From Escherichia phage AV117: a DNA stretch of 64,000 bases. Location of the stretch: sequence record OR352947.1, one strand, 5' to 3'. Under the pieces are notes generated by a model. The model had not been told where the DNA came from and did not search any database. It saw only the letters and a list, made by a program, of their open reading frames with translations. The position numbers and the translations under genes were made by a program. This document shows positions 1 to 8,827 of this stretch, piece after piece. Positions within the stretch are counted from its first letter, which is position 1; each line of letters opens with the position of its first letter.

Positions 1-84
1 AGGACTGGAATTTTTCTGCTAGACTTTCAGGAGTCTCACGAGACAAGGCCAAATCTAATAGCTCTAAACGTTCTTTAAATGATT

Positions 85-429
85 TCATTTAAACCATTCC
101 TTAATACGTTGCCAAATAGATTTTTGTGCTTGTTTATTTACACCAATCGAACGAATAACAGGTTGTGACTGCTGATATTCTTTATAATCTTCTTTATAGA
201 TTTCGTAAGCTGCATCAACAAATGAACTGATCGCTGCCATAAAGTTTTTACGTATACCGCCAGGAGCTACTCCATTAGGGAATTCAGAATTTTCGCGAAT
301 AATTAAATATAACCCAGCTTTAACTTTAACTATAGTTCCAAGATAAGCCCCGTGGTACCAAATATCCCATCCTTCCTGAGTAGGTTCTGCACATTTACGA
401 AGTTCGTTAATAATATTCAGCTTATTCAT
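85..429 (-). CDS. hypothetical protein (114 aa)
   Basis: ORF downstream of motA on same strand; no recognisable motif. Confidence 0.45.
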   Translation of the reverse strand: MNKLNIINELRKCAEPTQEGWDIWYHGAYLGTIVKVKAGLYLIIRENSEFPNGVAPGGIRKNFMAAISSFVDAAYEIYKEDYKEYQQSQPVIRSIGVNKQAQKSIWQRIKEWFK

Positions 430-439
430 TATGTATTCC

Positions 440-1072
440 TCACAGTACGTTAGTTACAAGGGTAATGATTTCTTTGGACACATTAGGGAAGTCAATGTAA
501 GTATATTTACCACCGATCTTAATCTTAACATCATTTTCAAGAGAAGTAAACAGCTTTGATTCAGTTTCTGACATGTTGTATGCAAAGATTCTAAGAGAGC
601 CATTTCGACGAATTTCAATCTGACGAATACCTAGAACTCGTTTTGCAAATCGAACTTCTAAGTTACTACGGTTTTCACCAATTTCTTTAACTTCAACTTT
701 ATCTTTAATATTTTCAAAAACAAAGTTTGCTAATTCATGCATTTCAGGAGTAACTCCACGTGCTTTTCTAGTGTTACGTTTCTGAAGAAGTTCTGGAGCA
801 TTTTCTTGGGCAAAGAGGTCTGCAGCTTTTTGGATAATATCCATTGCTTCGCCTGTTGCTATAAGTCCATCACCAGATTTTTCGACTAAACCTTTCTTAA
901 TCAATACACCAATGTTAGAGTTAACAACCGATGCATTGTATTCCGCTTCCAGAGCTTCACGGACATTGGCAGCAGTGGCGAAGTTGTTCTTAATGATATA
1001 AACCATTATTGCAGCAGTTTTTTCATTCAGAGCGTTTTCGGAAGCTTTGATGATGTAAGCAACTTTAGACAT
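440..1072 (-). CDS. motA: middle transcription activator MotA
   Basis: 210 aa; N-terminus MSKVAYIIKAS...NSNIGVLIKKGLVEKSGDGLI matches my recollection of T4 MotA (211 aa); early promoter and GGAG RBS upstream. Confidence 0.88.
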   Translation of the reverse strand: MSKVAYIIKASENALNEKTAAIMVYIIKNNFATAANVREALEAEYNASVVNSNIGVLIKKGLVEKSGDGLIATGEAMDIIQKAADLFAQENAPELLQKRNTRKARGVTPEMHELANFVFENIKDKVEVKEIGENRSNLEVRFAKRVLGIRQIEIRRNGSLRIFAYNMSETESKLFTSLENDVKIKIGGKYTYIDFPNVSKEIITLVTNVL

Positions 1073-1100
1073 TTTATTTCTCCAAATTAGTATTTGTTTT

Positions 1101-1140
1101 GATAGGTCTATAATATCATGTTTGAAGCAAAAGTAAACTT
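1101..1140 (-). promoter_or_regulatory. T4-type early promoter (GTTTAC-N17-TATTAT) upstream of motA
   Basis: minus-strand reading GTTTAC TTTTGCTTCAAACATGA TATTAT AGACCTATC; approximate coordinates. Confidence 0.6.
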
Positions 1141-1175
1141 TATTTTGGGCTCTTTTTCAAAAGCCCTGGTAAAAT

Positions 1176-1391
1176 TTACAAACTCATTTCTTTAATAAGG
1201 CTAATAAGTTTTGCCTTTTTAGAACGAAGCTTTTCTAAATGATGTCCATTTGAACCGCGAACCACTAAAGAATTGATTTCAACTTCTAAGAAATTTAATT
1301 CTTCAACGAGTGCTTTACGTGGAGCATTCATACCAGGTTTAACTTTACCGAAACGAGTAGTTGTGTTTTGGGTTAATTTCATTTTAGACAT
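1176..1391 (-). CDS. hypothetical small basic protein (71 aa)
   Basis: ORF with near-identical promoter/RBS cassette to motA (start MSK...). Confidence 0.45.
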   Translation of the reverse strand: MSKMKLTQNTTTRFGKVKPGMNAPRKALVEELNFLEVEINSLVVRGSNGHHLEKLRSKKAKLISLIKEMSL

Positions 1392-1421
1392 TTTATTTCT
1401 CCAATTTGGTTGTTTTGTTTT

Positions 1422-1460
1422 GATAGGTCTATAATATCATGTTTGAAGCACATGTAAACT
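1422..1460 (-). promoter_or_regulatory. T4-type early promoter, near-duplicate of the motA promoter
   Basis: gataggtctataatatcatgtttgaagca...gtaaac repeated about 320 bp from the first copy; approximate. Confidence 0.6.
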
Positions 1461-1484
1461 GTTTTGTGAGAAAAATGCACAAAA

Positions 1485-1500
1485 GGGAGCCGAAGCTCCC
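1485..1500 (-). terminator. intrinsic terminator hairpin with UUCG tetraloop, downstream of gene 52
   Basis: gggagc-cgaa-gctccc on plus strand; on minus RNA followed by UUUUGUGCAUUUUU. Confidence 0.55.
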
Positions 1501-1576
1501 TAATCATGTTTGTCCAACCAATACAGCCAAATCACTAGTGCAGCTATTGCACCGAGAAATCCTAAGGCTAGGGCAC

Positions 1577-2902
1577 TCAAAGTGCCTCCAAGTCTTTAGT
1601 GTACTCTGTCACAACATCAGTAGACTTCCAATACTCATTTTCTTCTTTCTTAGCTTTAGCTTCTTCTGCCAGTTTACGCGCTTCGTCGGAAGTGATATGG
1701 AAGATGTTAAGACCTACAAGTTTATCGACATGTTCTTTATACATTTCGATTTGTGCCAGCTCTTCAGTCAAAGCTTTACGAGTCTTGCCCTGAATCACAA
1801 TTTCACCTGTAATAACTTTTTTGATGAAGTGTGCCTTAGCAAAAGCCAGTTTAAATGCTTTTTCAGATTCAAGGATTTTGTTGTCAATACGTTTCTGAAC
1901 GTAAGTCTTACGGACTTCAACAAAATCTTTGATTAAGTCCACTACGTTATCGTAGACAGCTAATTTACCCTTTTCATTAATCACTGTGATGTTTTGCGAA
2001 CGACGTTCGATGAGACTAAAATCTTTCATGATTTTTTCATGACGTAGCTCTTCATCATCAGGAAGCGAGTACTCTTTACGGAACTTCACCTTAAACCCAA
2101 AGCCGTGTTCACCGCAATCATCTTCCCATGAGATTAGACCTTTGTCTTCCAACGGGTCAAGAACCTTACTCACATACGTTTCACGGTCGAATTTATATGG
2201 GATTTCAGTTATCTGCATTTGAGTGCGAGATGTGAACTTATATGTTCCGTGAATCTCATAACGCCCATCAACTTCATGTACTTCACCACGGAATTCCGGA
2301 AATTCAACTTTTGGCTTAGTGACATTTTTACCTTGAAGAGCTTGTAATACAGCCTTTTTGACTGATTTAAAACTATGAGGCAGAATATTTGTTGCGTAAC
2401 CGGTTGCAATACCAGAGACGCCATTCAAAAGAACTGTCGGAATAATAGGAAGATAGAATTTTGGTGGAATGTGTTCTTTATCTTCATGAGCCGGAGCATA
2501 TTCAGTATCTTTATATACGTTATAGAAATTTTTACTTACACGAGCAAAAATATAACGAGATGCTGCAGCTTTTTGGACTGTTCGAGAACCAAAGTTGCCT
2601 TGGCCATCTAACAGTGGATAGTTGTTGTTCCATGTGTTAGCCATCAATGCACCTGCATCTTGTGCAGAAGATTCACCATGGTGATAACCTAAATCTGCAA
2701 CACCGCCTGCAATTGACGCAAGTTTATGAAATTTTTCTTTATTACCACGAGCCAAATCTAACGCACGATGAACCACAAAACGTTGAACCGGCTTAAATCC
2801 ATCAATCATGTTTGGGATTGCACGGTTTTCAACGGTGTACATCGCATATGCTAAGGCTTCGTTATCAATAATACTTTTTAGATTACGAGAATTCAATTGC
2901 AT
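1577..2902 (-). CDS. 52: DNA topoisomerase II medium subunit (gp52, GyrA-like)
   Basis: 441 aa, matching my recollection of T4 gp52 (442 aa); GyrA-type cleavage-domain motifs (PNMIDGFKPVQRFV, GNFGS); map position next to motA. Confidence 0.92.
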   Translation of the reverse strand: MQLNSRNLKSIIDNEALAYAMYTVENRAIPNMIDGFKPVQRFVVHRALDLARGNKEKFHKLASIAGGVADLGYHHGESSAQDAGALMANTWNNNYPLLDGQGNFGSRTVQKAAASRYIFARVSKNFYNVYKDTEYAPAHEDKEHIPPKFYLPIIPTVLLNGVSGIATGYATNILPHSFKSVKKAVLQALQGKNVTKPKVEFPEFRGEVHEVDGRYEIHGTYKFTSRTQMQITEIPYKFDRETYVSKVLDPLEDKGLISWEDDCGEHGFGFKVKFRKEYSLPDDEELRHEKIMKDFSLIERRSQNITVINEKGKLAVYDNVVDLIKDFVEVRKTYVQKRIDNKILESEKAFKLAFAKAHFIKKVITGEIVIQGKTRKALTEELAQIEMYKEHVDKLVGLNIFHITSDEARKLAEEAKAKKEENEYWKSTDVVTEYTKDLEAL

Positions 2903-2906
2903 ATTT

Positions 2907-3047
2907 TCACCATATTAATGAACGAATAACCATTATAACATCTGAAATGAAAAGCACTACTTGGACTAGCCCAAACATCACACCGTAGTACAGAACCGTA
3001 AGCAACAACAAGAGCCCGAAGGCTCCTGCTAAGATTTTCTTAATCAT
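2907..3047 (-). CDS. small hydrophobic membrane peptide (about 46 aa)
   Basis: MIKKILAGAFGLLLLLTVLYYGVMFGL...; start overlaps stop of upstream small ORF (ATGA); below ORF-track cutoff; approximate coordinates. Confidence 0.3.
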   Translation of the reverse strand: MIKKILAGAFGLLLLLTVLYYGVMFGLVQVVLFISDVIMVIRSLIW

Positions 3048-3193
3048 TGCTCGCCTTTTAATACGTTAAGAAGAGCTAAGACCGCTAAGGTACCTTGTGA
3101 CACAGCCTGTTGAAATACTGTTGTTTCGCCTGTAACTAAAGTGTTAACGAATAAAAACGACCAACATAGCAATGCAATAATCCATGCTACCAT
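3044..3193 (-). CDS. small membrane protein (about 49 aa), possible ac-like
   Basis: MVAWIIALLCWSFLFVNTLVTG...; GAGG RBS; T4 has a small membrane protein gene (ac) at this map position; approximate coordinates. Confidence 0.3.
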   Translation of the reverse strand: MVAWIIALLCWSFLFVNTLVTGETTVFQQAVSQGTLAVLALLNVLKGEQ

Positions 3194-3219
3194 TTTAATT
3201 ACCTCAAAAATAAATTAAA

Positions 3220-3237
3220 GGCCTAGCTTAATAGGCC
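3220..3237 (-). terminator. hairpin plus U-run after ndd
   Basis: ggccta-gcttaa-taggcc followed on minus RNA by CUUUAAUUUAUUUUUG. Confidence 0.4.
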
Positions 3238-3245
3238 CGTATAAA

Positions 3246-3692
3246 TTAGTAACTCTGCAGAATGAATTTGAAATTATCTGCCAGAAGACGGTTCATTTCA
3301 GTGAGTGTTTGATATTCTGATGTATGATTGCGAGTGAATGCCAGAGCCAATTGCCCTTTACCATAACCTGTAGTCAGGGGTTTCATGTTCTTAGCTGCAA
3401 CAAAGATTACATCATATTCAATATTGTTAGTGCCCATAGTACGGGCTAGTTGCGAACGGCCTTGACGAATGTGAGAAAGAATTGCGTCCAACCCTTGTTT
3501 AGAACGTTGACGTCCTACAAAGAATCGTGCTGCTACTTGTCGCCAATCAGATGAACCTTTAACAAAGAAGTAAAAACCTTCACGAGAACGAAACTCTTTA
3601 GAAACTTCAGAACCGTATTCGCCATTACGAACTACTGCAACAACTTCACCACCAACTGCCAGAAGGTCTTTACGAGTTAAATATTTGGACAT
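3246..3692 (-). CDS. ndd: nucleoid disruption protein Ndd
   Basis: 148 aa; C-terminal half (QRSKQG..ILSHIRQ.RSQLART...[40 protein letters not shown]) matches my recollection of T4 Ndd. Confidence 0.82.
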   Translation of the reverse strand: MSKYLTRKDLLAVGGEVVAVVRNGEYGSEVSKEFRSREGFYFFVKGSSDWRQVAARFFVGRQRSKQGLDAILSHIRQGRSQLARTMGTNNIEYDVIFVAAKNMKPLTTGYGKGQLALAFTRNHTSEYQTLTEMNRLLADNFKFILQSY

Positions 3693-3730
3693 GCTAATTT
3701 CCTCAATTGATTAATGTTTTTGTAATCCAT

Positions 3731-3766
3731 GAGAGCATTATACTCTGCTCTCAAGAGTTTGTACAA
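3731..3766 (-). promoter_or_regulatory. early promoter (TGTACA-N17-TATAAT) inside the palindrome GAGAGCA...TGCTCTC, upstream of ndd
   Basis: gagagcattatactctgctctcaagagtttgtaca; a near-identical copy lies at 48558-48593. Confidence 0.55.
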
Positions 3767-3768
3767 TT

Positions 3769-3969
3769 TTATTCGGTTATATCAGAACGTTCAAAAAGCT
3801 CTTCAACAGTTAAACATTCTGTGTCATCCTCAATAAAGAATCGGGTCCAACACGTTGGGGCGATACAGTTATGAGTTTGTCCGGCGATAGAAGCTACACG
3901 AATAAGCTGCTGACCATTATTCAGAACAAATTTTTCACCAATTTCAACATCTTTAAAAAGCTTAGCCAT
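3769..3969 (-). CDS. hypothetical protein (66 aa)
   Basis: ORF; the ATG lies only about 10 nt downstream of the -10 element, so either leaderless or mis-started. Confidence 0.35.
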   Translation of the reverse strand: MAKLFKDVEIGEKFVLNNGQQLIRVASIAGQTHNCIAPTCWTRFFIEDDTECLTVEELFERSDITE

Positions 3970-3970
3970 T

Positions 3971-4009
3971 GATAGGACTACTATACCATAATCCTACCTT
4001 GATGTAAAC
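3971..4009 (-). promoter_or_regulatory. early promoter-like element with palindrome AGGACTA...TAGTCCT-like flanks
   Basis: GTTTAC-N18-TATAGT-AGTCCTATC on the minus strand. Confidence 0.45.
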
Positions 4010-4198
4010 AATTAAATTACATTAAAATATGTTAAAGCCAACCATGTTCCAGTGAACGAACATGCGATGTAAAAACCCGTATCACAAATTGTTCTTAGTA
4101 CAATAAGTGCATTTTTCATAAGTACCTCAATGCAATTGAAAATATTATACAAATCATAGGGATACTAAGCAACCATATTCCGATCCACATTTTAGAGC

Positions 4199-4462
4199 TC
4201 ATATCTCAACTTCCGCGAGTTCCATATATCCTTTGTTGATAACCTCTTTAAGGTCTTTAGAAAGAATAACACTAAAATGGTCGTTCATGTGTCCATTAAC
4301 CAGACGAGTTATTTCGGCTTCAGATGACATATAAGGCACGTCTGAGTCCCAATGAGATAGACCCAAATGGGTATAAATCATCCCTTCGTCATCTGCAGTG
4401 TTGTACATTGAAACAAATTCGCCTGTTACTTTATGTTTTGCGTAGAAAAATTTAAATTTCAT
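4199..4462 (-). CDS. hypothetical protein (87 aa)
   Basis: ORF with GAGGA RBS and upstream early promoter. Confidence 0.5.
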   Translation of the reverse strand: MKFKFFYAKHKVTGEFVSMYNTADDEGMIYTHLGLSHWDSDVPYMSSEAEITRLVNGHMNDHFSVILSKDLKEVINKGYMELAEVEI

Positions 4463-4479
4463 GATGTTATCCTCTTTTA

Positions 4480-4518
4480 GATAGGACTACTATATCATAG
4501 TCCTACTTAGTTGTAAAC
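4480..4518 (-). promoter_or_regulatory. early promoter within the palindrome GGACTACTATATCATAGTCC
   Basis: GTTTAC-N18-TATAGT followed by AGTCCTATC then GAGGA RBS. Confidence 0.55.
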
Positions 4519-4530
4519 ACTTTTATGAAA

Positions 4531-5151
4531 TTAAAGTTGAAGATACCACCCGTTGTAGTTGCTCTTGCGGACGATTTTCTTTAGGTCTTCATGGTCTCCC
4601 ACGAACTTTATAGAATAAGAGAAGACGTCAGGTGAGGTTTCTTTGACATCTAATATAATAATGCAATCTGCGACTCTATGGTTCAAGAAGGGCCCTATAT
4701 TGATTCCATTACCACCCGGATAATCACCGCTGTATCCTGTGGTAACCGAAATCCATTTAGAATCTATCTGGTGTGTCTTGACTTCTACACGAATTCCACA
4801 ATACTTGGGGTGGGCCAACACGTCCCATGCATACGTGTACGGGTCTTCTACGTCTTCAATACCTTTATTAACATACCCGTCTAGCCAATTTGCTACTACA
4901 TACTCTGCAAAGACCGCAACCTTACAACGTCGAACTACATCTTCTTTGTTTTGGCCAGGATTTTGGCTCAGGGAATACCGAGCAGTGTCAGCAATCTTCA
5001 CCTTCATTTCACTAGTCAAAAACTCATTCGACAGGATAAATGTCGGAAGATTCTTCAGTCTCAACAGTCCCAAGTTCGTCTTTACCATAGATACCTCTGA
5101 TGTGTAGTTCGCCAAAATAAATGCGGTCACCTTCTTCAAGATATTCTGCAT
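4531..5151 (-). CDS. hypothetical protein, possible DenB-position nuclease
   Basis: 206 aa in the T4 denB map position; weak D...EVK pattern reminiscent of PD-(D/E)xK; true start probably internal. Confidence 0.35.
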   Translation of the reverse strand: MQNILKKVTAFILANYTSEVSMVKTNLGLLRLKNLPTFILSNEFLTSEMKVKIADTARYSLSQNPGQNKEDVVRRCKVAVFAEYVVANWLDGYVNKGIEDVEDPYTYAWDVLAHPKYCGIRVEVKTHQIDSKWISVTTGYSGDYPGGNGINIGPFLNHRVADCIIILDVKETSPDVFSYSIKFVGDHEDLKKIVRKSNYNGWYLQL

Positions 5152-5362
5152 CTACCGGTGGGATTTCAATAACAACTTCGTCGCATTCTAACCAGCCGTA
5201 GTGTGCATCACCAGGATGTTTTACCAATTTAGCGCAATAAACTGATTTACACTTATGATGACCACGAAGATTAGCAATTTTGGATTCTGATACGTCAAAT
5301 GGATGAATCATAATTACCCCTAAAGAAAAAGGGGACCGAAGTCCCCAATTATTATTCTGCAA
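5024..5362 (-). CDS. hypothetical protein (true start probably internal Met near 5311, about 95 aa)
   Basis: the track ORF runs upstream through the rIIB terminator hairpin; internal MIHPFD start has an AGGGG RBS. Confidence 0.4.
   Translation of the reverse strand: MQNNNWGLRSPFSLGVIMIHPFDVSESKIANLRGHHKCKSVYCAKLVKHPGDAHYGWLECDEVVIEIPPVDAEYLEEGDRIYFGELHIRGIYGKDELGTVETEESSDIYPVE
5331..5346 (-). terminator. intrinsic terminator (UUCG tetraloop) immediately after rIIB
   Basis: ggggac-cgaa-gtcccc; minus RNA GGGGACUUCGGUCCCC followed by UUUUUCUUU. Confidence 0.65.
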
Positions 5363-6299
5363 ATAATTCAGTAACGTCTGAAATTACTTCATAACGACAA
5401 GTACGCATCTTAGCATCACCGTAGTCAACTGGGATAGATACAACATCACGTGGATGAACTTTAACCTTAACAACTTTATCTGAGCTAGAACCAAAGTAAC
5501 GAATATATGATTTAGCACAAACATGTAGACCACGGGAGCAGGTTTGAGTATCATCATCGTTAACACGAGTACGAGGCATTGAAACAACTTTACCAGGCGA
5601 GTTATCAAATGTGCCGCTATAGCAATCTAAATAGTCCTTACGAACTACTTTCCACGCATAGAAATGCCCATCTTCAGTGATTTCAATATCGTTTGCAACC
5701 AAGAAGTCGAATAAACGTTGTACAGCTTTTTCGCTTGGGTTTTCTAACAGGTTTTCAAGGAATGGCAGATAGAATTTAAAGTCTTCGCCTTTTTCCATGG
5801 AATCAATAATACGGTTAACCAGTCCTGAACGAATTTCTATACCTTGATAAAATAAACTACCACCTTCAATAGTAACATTACCGTCAACAAACTTACTAAT
5901 AGCTTTCTTGATGTTAATAAGTTCGACAGCTTTACTAAGGTTTCCTGCGACCAAATTAGCTTTAATTTCTTCAAAATTTGCATGACTTGATGGGGTCGCA
6001 TTGTATGCTACGCGTCCTTCAATAATTGAAATAAATTTAGATGACGCGTTCCATACGATTTCTGGACGATGACCGCCGATAATAGGTTCATCATTTTCTG
6101 GAACTTCTTCGATTACATAAGAGGCATCGTTTGCTTCAGGGACAACGCCTTCTGCTTTAAAATTCTTAACAATCTTACGAAGAGTATCTGTTGAAATGTC
6201 GAAGTAATCGGCAATTTCTTTACGAGTCCATTTGCCCGATTCAACCAGGCCATAAGCTTCTAACTGTTCTTCTTGGGACAAGCATTTAATATTGTACAT
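5352..6299 (-). CDS. rIIB: rIIB membrane-associated lysis-inhibition protein
   Basis: 315 aa, matching my recollection of T4 rIIB (312 aa); directly downstream of rIIA. Confidence 0.9.
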   Translation of the reverse strand: MYNIKCLSQEEQLEAYGLVESGKWTRKEIADYFDISTDTLRKIVKNFKAEGVVPEANDASYVIEEVPENDEPIIGGHRPEIVWNASSKFISIIEGRVAYNATPSSHANFEEIKANLVAGNLSKAVELINIKKAISKFVDGNVTIEGGSLFYQGIEIRSGLVNRIIDSMEKGEDFKFYLPFLENLLENPSEKAVQRLFDFLVANDIEITEDGHFYAWKVVRKDYLDCYSGTFDNSPGKVVSMPRTRVNDDDTQTCSRGLHVCAKSYIRYFGSSSDKVVKVKVHPRDVVSIPVDYGDAKMRTCRYEVISDVTELFAE

Positions 6300-6308
6300 A
6301 ATGTTTCC

Positions 6309-8522
6309 TTATTTGGCCGCTTCCACGGCCTTCATGAATTTAACGATTTGAGCGACCTGTTCTTTGGAAAGAGTACCACGTCGTCCCATGTATTCCGACA
6401 CAATATGATAATTGGTTTCGAATTCAATAACCATTTTATCATCATTATCGTAAGCATTATCTTTAAGCTTATCGAAAATTTTAGCACACAGTTCTAACTT
6501 CTTATTCAGATCTCTGTTAGTAGCACCTGAGAATCGATTCCATCCCCATCGATTATTTACTGTTGAAAGTTTTGCAAAATCTTTACTGATTTCTTTGTTC
6601 TTAGAGCTAAAATACTTACTAAGGAAGTTAAGCTCTTCATTACGAGTAATATGATTCAAATAAGGCTGTGCTCTACGACTTGGTGATACATACTCATCAT
6701 AATCTACTTTATCGATTAGCATAATATAGTCATTAATTGATTTTTCGAACAAGCATTCTACTTCACCAAGTTTACGAACTTTCTTAGCAATCTGTGGACG
6801 GACTACAGTGAACTCTTTAATACCTGACAAATCAGCAATACGGGTCAAGAAATTGGAGTCATAGTTCAACCAACCTTTATCTGCGTCAAGACATTCAGCA
6901 TTAGAACGATTACGAACTATAGCATAACCTTGGATTTCATCAGCTTCACTCGCCGGAATAAAGAGATCTTCTGATACCCAAACATCGTTTTCATTCTTAA
7001 AGAACCGATGAGCACTTGGGGATTTAGGACGAGGCCCATTAGAACGAGTCTTGACTTCAATCCATGGCTTAACGATTTGTAAAAGCTCTGAAGTCTTGTA
7101 CATGTTAATGTTGTCGCCATCAAAGATAACTTTAAGGCGTTCCAGAAGTTTCATTGCATCTTCGTCTGTAGGGTCAACGAATAGTACGCTTTTACCAAAA
7201 CCGCGTGGAACTTTACCTGTTAATTTAACCTCGTCTTTAGACATTTCAATTGAATTAAGAGCTCGCATTAATGGAACACGTCCCTTAACGTCGTCAATAA
7301 CAATTTCAACATTTTTAATGTTAATGCCAATCAGACTGTTAATTGAAATAGTTGACGATGAGCTACCACTTTCACGAATACGACGAAGACGAGGGTCTTC
7401 AATGATATCGTATACGACGCCTAGATTACACCATTCAGGTCCCATTTTAAAACGTTTGTACAACTCAGAATAAGTTAGTTGTTCTTTAGAATATTTCAGT
7501 GATTCAATATTAGAACCAGCTTTTTCCATGTATTTACGAGCTGTATAGCCAAGAGAATCGATTTCACGGAATACATGACGTGGATATTCACAATCAATCC
7601 ATTTCTTAGAATCTTCAGCAAATAATTTTGCATCGATTTCTGCAACACGTTTATGGATATTTGCTACTGTACGTTTATCAAATGACAATGCTTCACGAGA
7701 CGGGGCTACATCTAGTTCACCCATAGGGAATTTAATATAAGCTGTAGTGCATCGCGTCATCATCCATGTTTGTTCTTTAATAACACTTCCAATTGGATAT
7801 ACAATACCACCATAAACAGCCATGATATTACCACGTTCACCCCATGGAGCTTCCTTGGCCAAATATACATCATCGAATTCCGGGAAGTATTTGATATCTT
7901 TAACACCACGAACTTCTGCAATATCGCCGAGAGGACGCATAACATAAGCAATTTCGGATGCGAACTTTTCAAAATCTTCTGGGTTAACAGGCACAACTAC
8001 TTCAACGCCGGTCCGGTCATCAGGGCCCATCTTATCTACGAAGGTTGGCTTAATTTGTGGGCCTGTGTCATCTTGGTAGATTACGTAACCACGAACTTCA
8101 CCATTGTGATAAGACGTAAGGTTAAACGTATCAGTATATGCTAATGGAGCTTTAGAACCGAGTCCGAATCCACCGATGAAATCGTTACTCGATGTTTTAG
8201 TTGAAGCAAAATATGAGTTATAGATTCCTGGCTCTTCATCATTACCTCGAATGGTGAAATCACTCATACCAGGACCAAAGTCTCGAACTACAAAACGTGG
8301 GTCTAAACGACCTGGAGCCTGAACAATAAACTTATCAGTGCAACCATTAAGAATTTGTCCATCGATACAGTTTGTGATTAATTCACGTACACAAGCCAAT
8401 TCTTTGTTTGTATAAAGGTCATTAGACAAAATCTTATAAACTTTACTATTGCCTTGAATAGTAAATGCTGTGCTCTTACCGCCTGAACCAATAATTGTTT
8501 CTTTAGCCGTTTCAATAATCAT
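6309..8522 (-). CDS. rIIA: rIIA protein
   Basis: 737 aa; N-terminus MIIETAKETIIGSGGKS...LYTNK...RELITN.ID and long blocks (FIGGFGLGSK, GPQIKPTFV, APSREALS) match my recollection of T4 rIIA. Confidence 0.95.
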   Translation of the reverse strand: MIIETAKETIIGSGGKSTAFTIQGNSKVYKILSNDLYTNKELACVRELITNCIDGQILNGCTDKFIVQAPGRLDPRFVVRDFGPGMSDFTIRGNDEEPGIYNSYFASTKTSSNDFIGGFGLGSKAPLAYTDTFNLTSYHNGEVRGYVIYQDDTGPQIKPTFVDKMGPDDRTGVEVVVPVNPEDFEKFASEIAYVMRPLGDIAEVRGVKDIKYFPEFDDVYLAKEAPWGERGNIMAVYGGIVYPIGSVIKEQTWMMTRCTTAYIKFPMGELDVAPSREALSFDKRTVANIHKRVAEIDAKLFAEDSKKWIDCEYPRHVFREIDSLGYTARKYMEKAGSNIESLKYSKEQLTYSELYKRFKMGPEWCNLGVVYDIIEDPRLRRIRESGSSSSTISINSLIGINIKNVEIVIDDVKGRVPLMRALNSIEMSKDEVKLTGKVPRGFGKSVLFVDPTDEDAMKLLERLKVIFDGDNINMYKTSELLQIVKPWIEVKTRSNGPRPKSPSAHRFFKNENDVWVSEDLFIPASEADEIQGYAIVRNRSNAECLDADKGWLNYDSNFLTRIADLSGIKEFTVVRPQIAKKVRKLGEVECLFEKSINDYIMLIDKVDYDEYVSPSRRAQPYLNHITRNEELNFLSKYFSSKNKEISKDFAKLSTVNNRWGWNRFSGATNRDLNKKLELCAKIFDKLKDNAYDNDDKMVIEFETNYHIVSEYMGRRGTLSKEQVAQIVKFMKAVEAAK

Positions 8523-8534
8523 ATTTTTCTCTCA

Positions 8535-8735
8535 TCACAAGTTACGTTTAAAAATTTCTGCTACTTCAAGAAGTTCTTCTTTAGTAGCTGTATCGGTTTG
8601 TATTTTATATCGAATTTCCTTAAAGCGTTCTTTAAAGGCTTCGGCTGATTCGATATCAAAAAATCTTTGGATAAGCCGGAATTCCCGGAGCACTGCTTTA
8701 TCAAAAAGTTCCAAGTCCACGTTATATGTTCTCAT
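8535..8735 (-). CDS. hypothetical protein (rIIA.1 position)
   Basis: 66 aa ORF directly downstream of rIIA. Confidence 0.45.
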   Translation of the reverse strand: MRTYNVDLELFDKAVLREFRLIQRFFDIESAEAFKERFKEIRYKIQTDTATKEELLEVAEIFKRNL

Positions 8736-8827
8736 AATATTCTCTTCAGTAGATTCCTAGGGCACTATTACTAAAGACCATATAATCTATCATCTTATGT
8801 GTAATAGTGCCTCAGGCTATTCAGGAT

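Noticed and set aside
1121-1131. TGCTTCA (MotA-box-like) inside the early promoters at 1101-1140 and 1422-1460
   Set aside because: It sits only about 7 nt from the -10 hexamer, where a canonical MotA box is about 12 nt away. Better explained as part of the -35/spacer of an early promoter.
1439-1936. Plus-strand ORFs of 60-210 aa throughout the window (for example 1439-1936, 7051-7473, 37930-38562, 44066-44554)
   Set aside because: They lie antisense to well-supported minus-strand genes, lack RBS and promoter context, and have low-complexity composition. Treated as shadow ORFs.
2870-2903. Apparent 1-nt discrepancy (extra T in a T-run) between my hand reading and the gp52 ORF coordinates
   Set aside because: The supplied ORF track gives an intact 441-aa gp52. 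Most likely my miscount, not a frameshift.
3012-3025. GAGCC-CGAA-GGCTC hairpin that looks like another UUCG terminator
   Set aside because: It falls inside the predicted small membrane ORF and is followed by a poor U-tract. Ambiguous between coding sequence and terminator.
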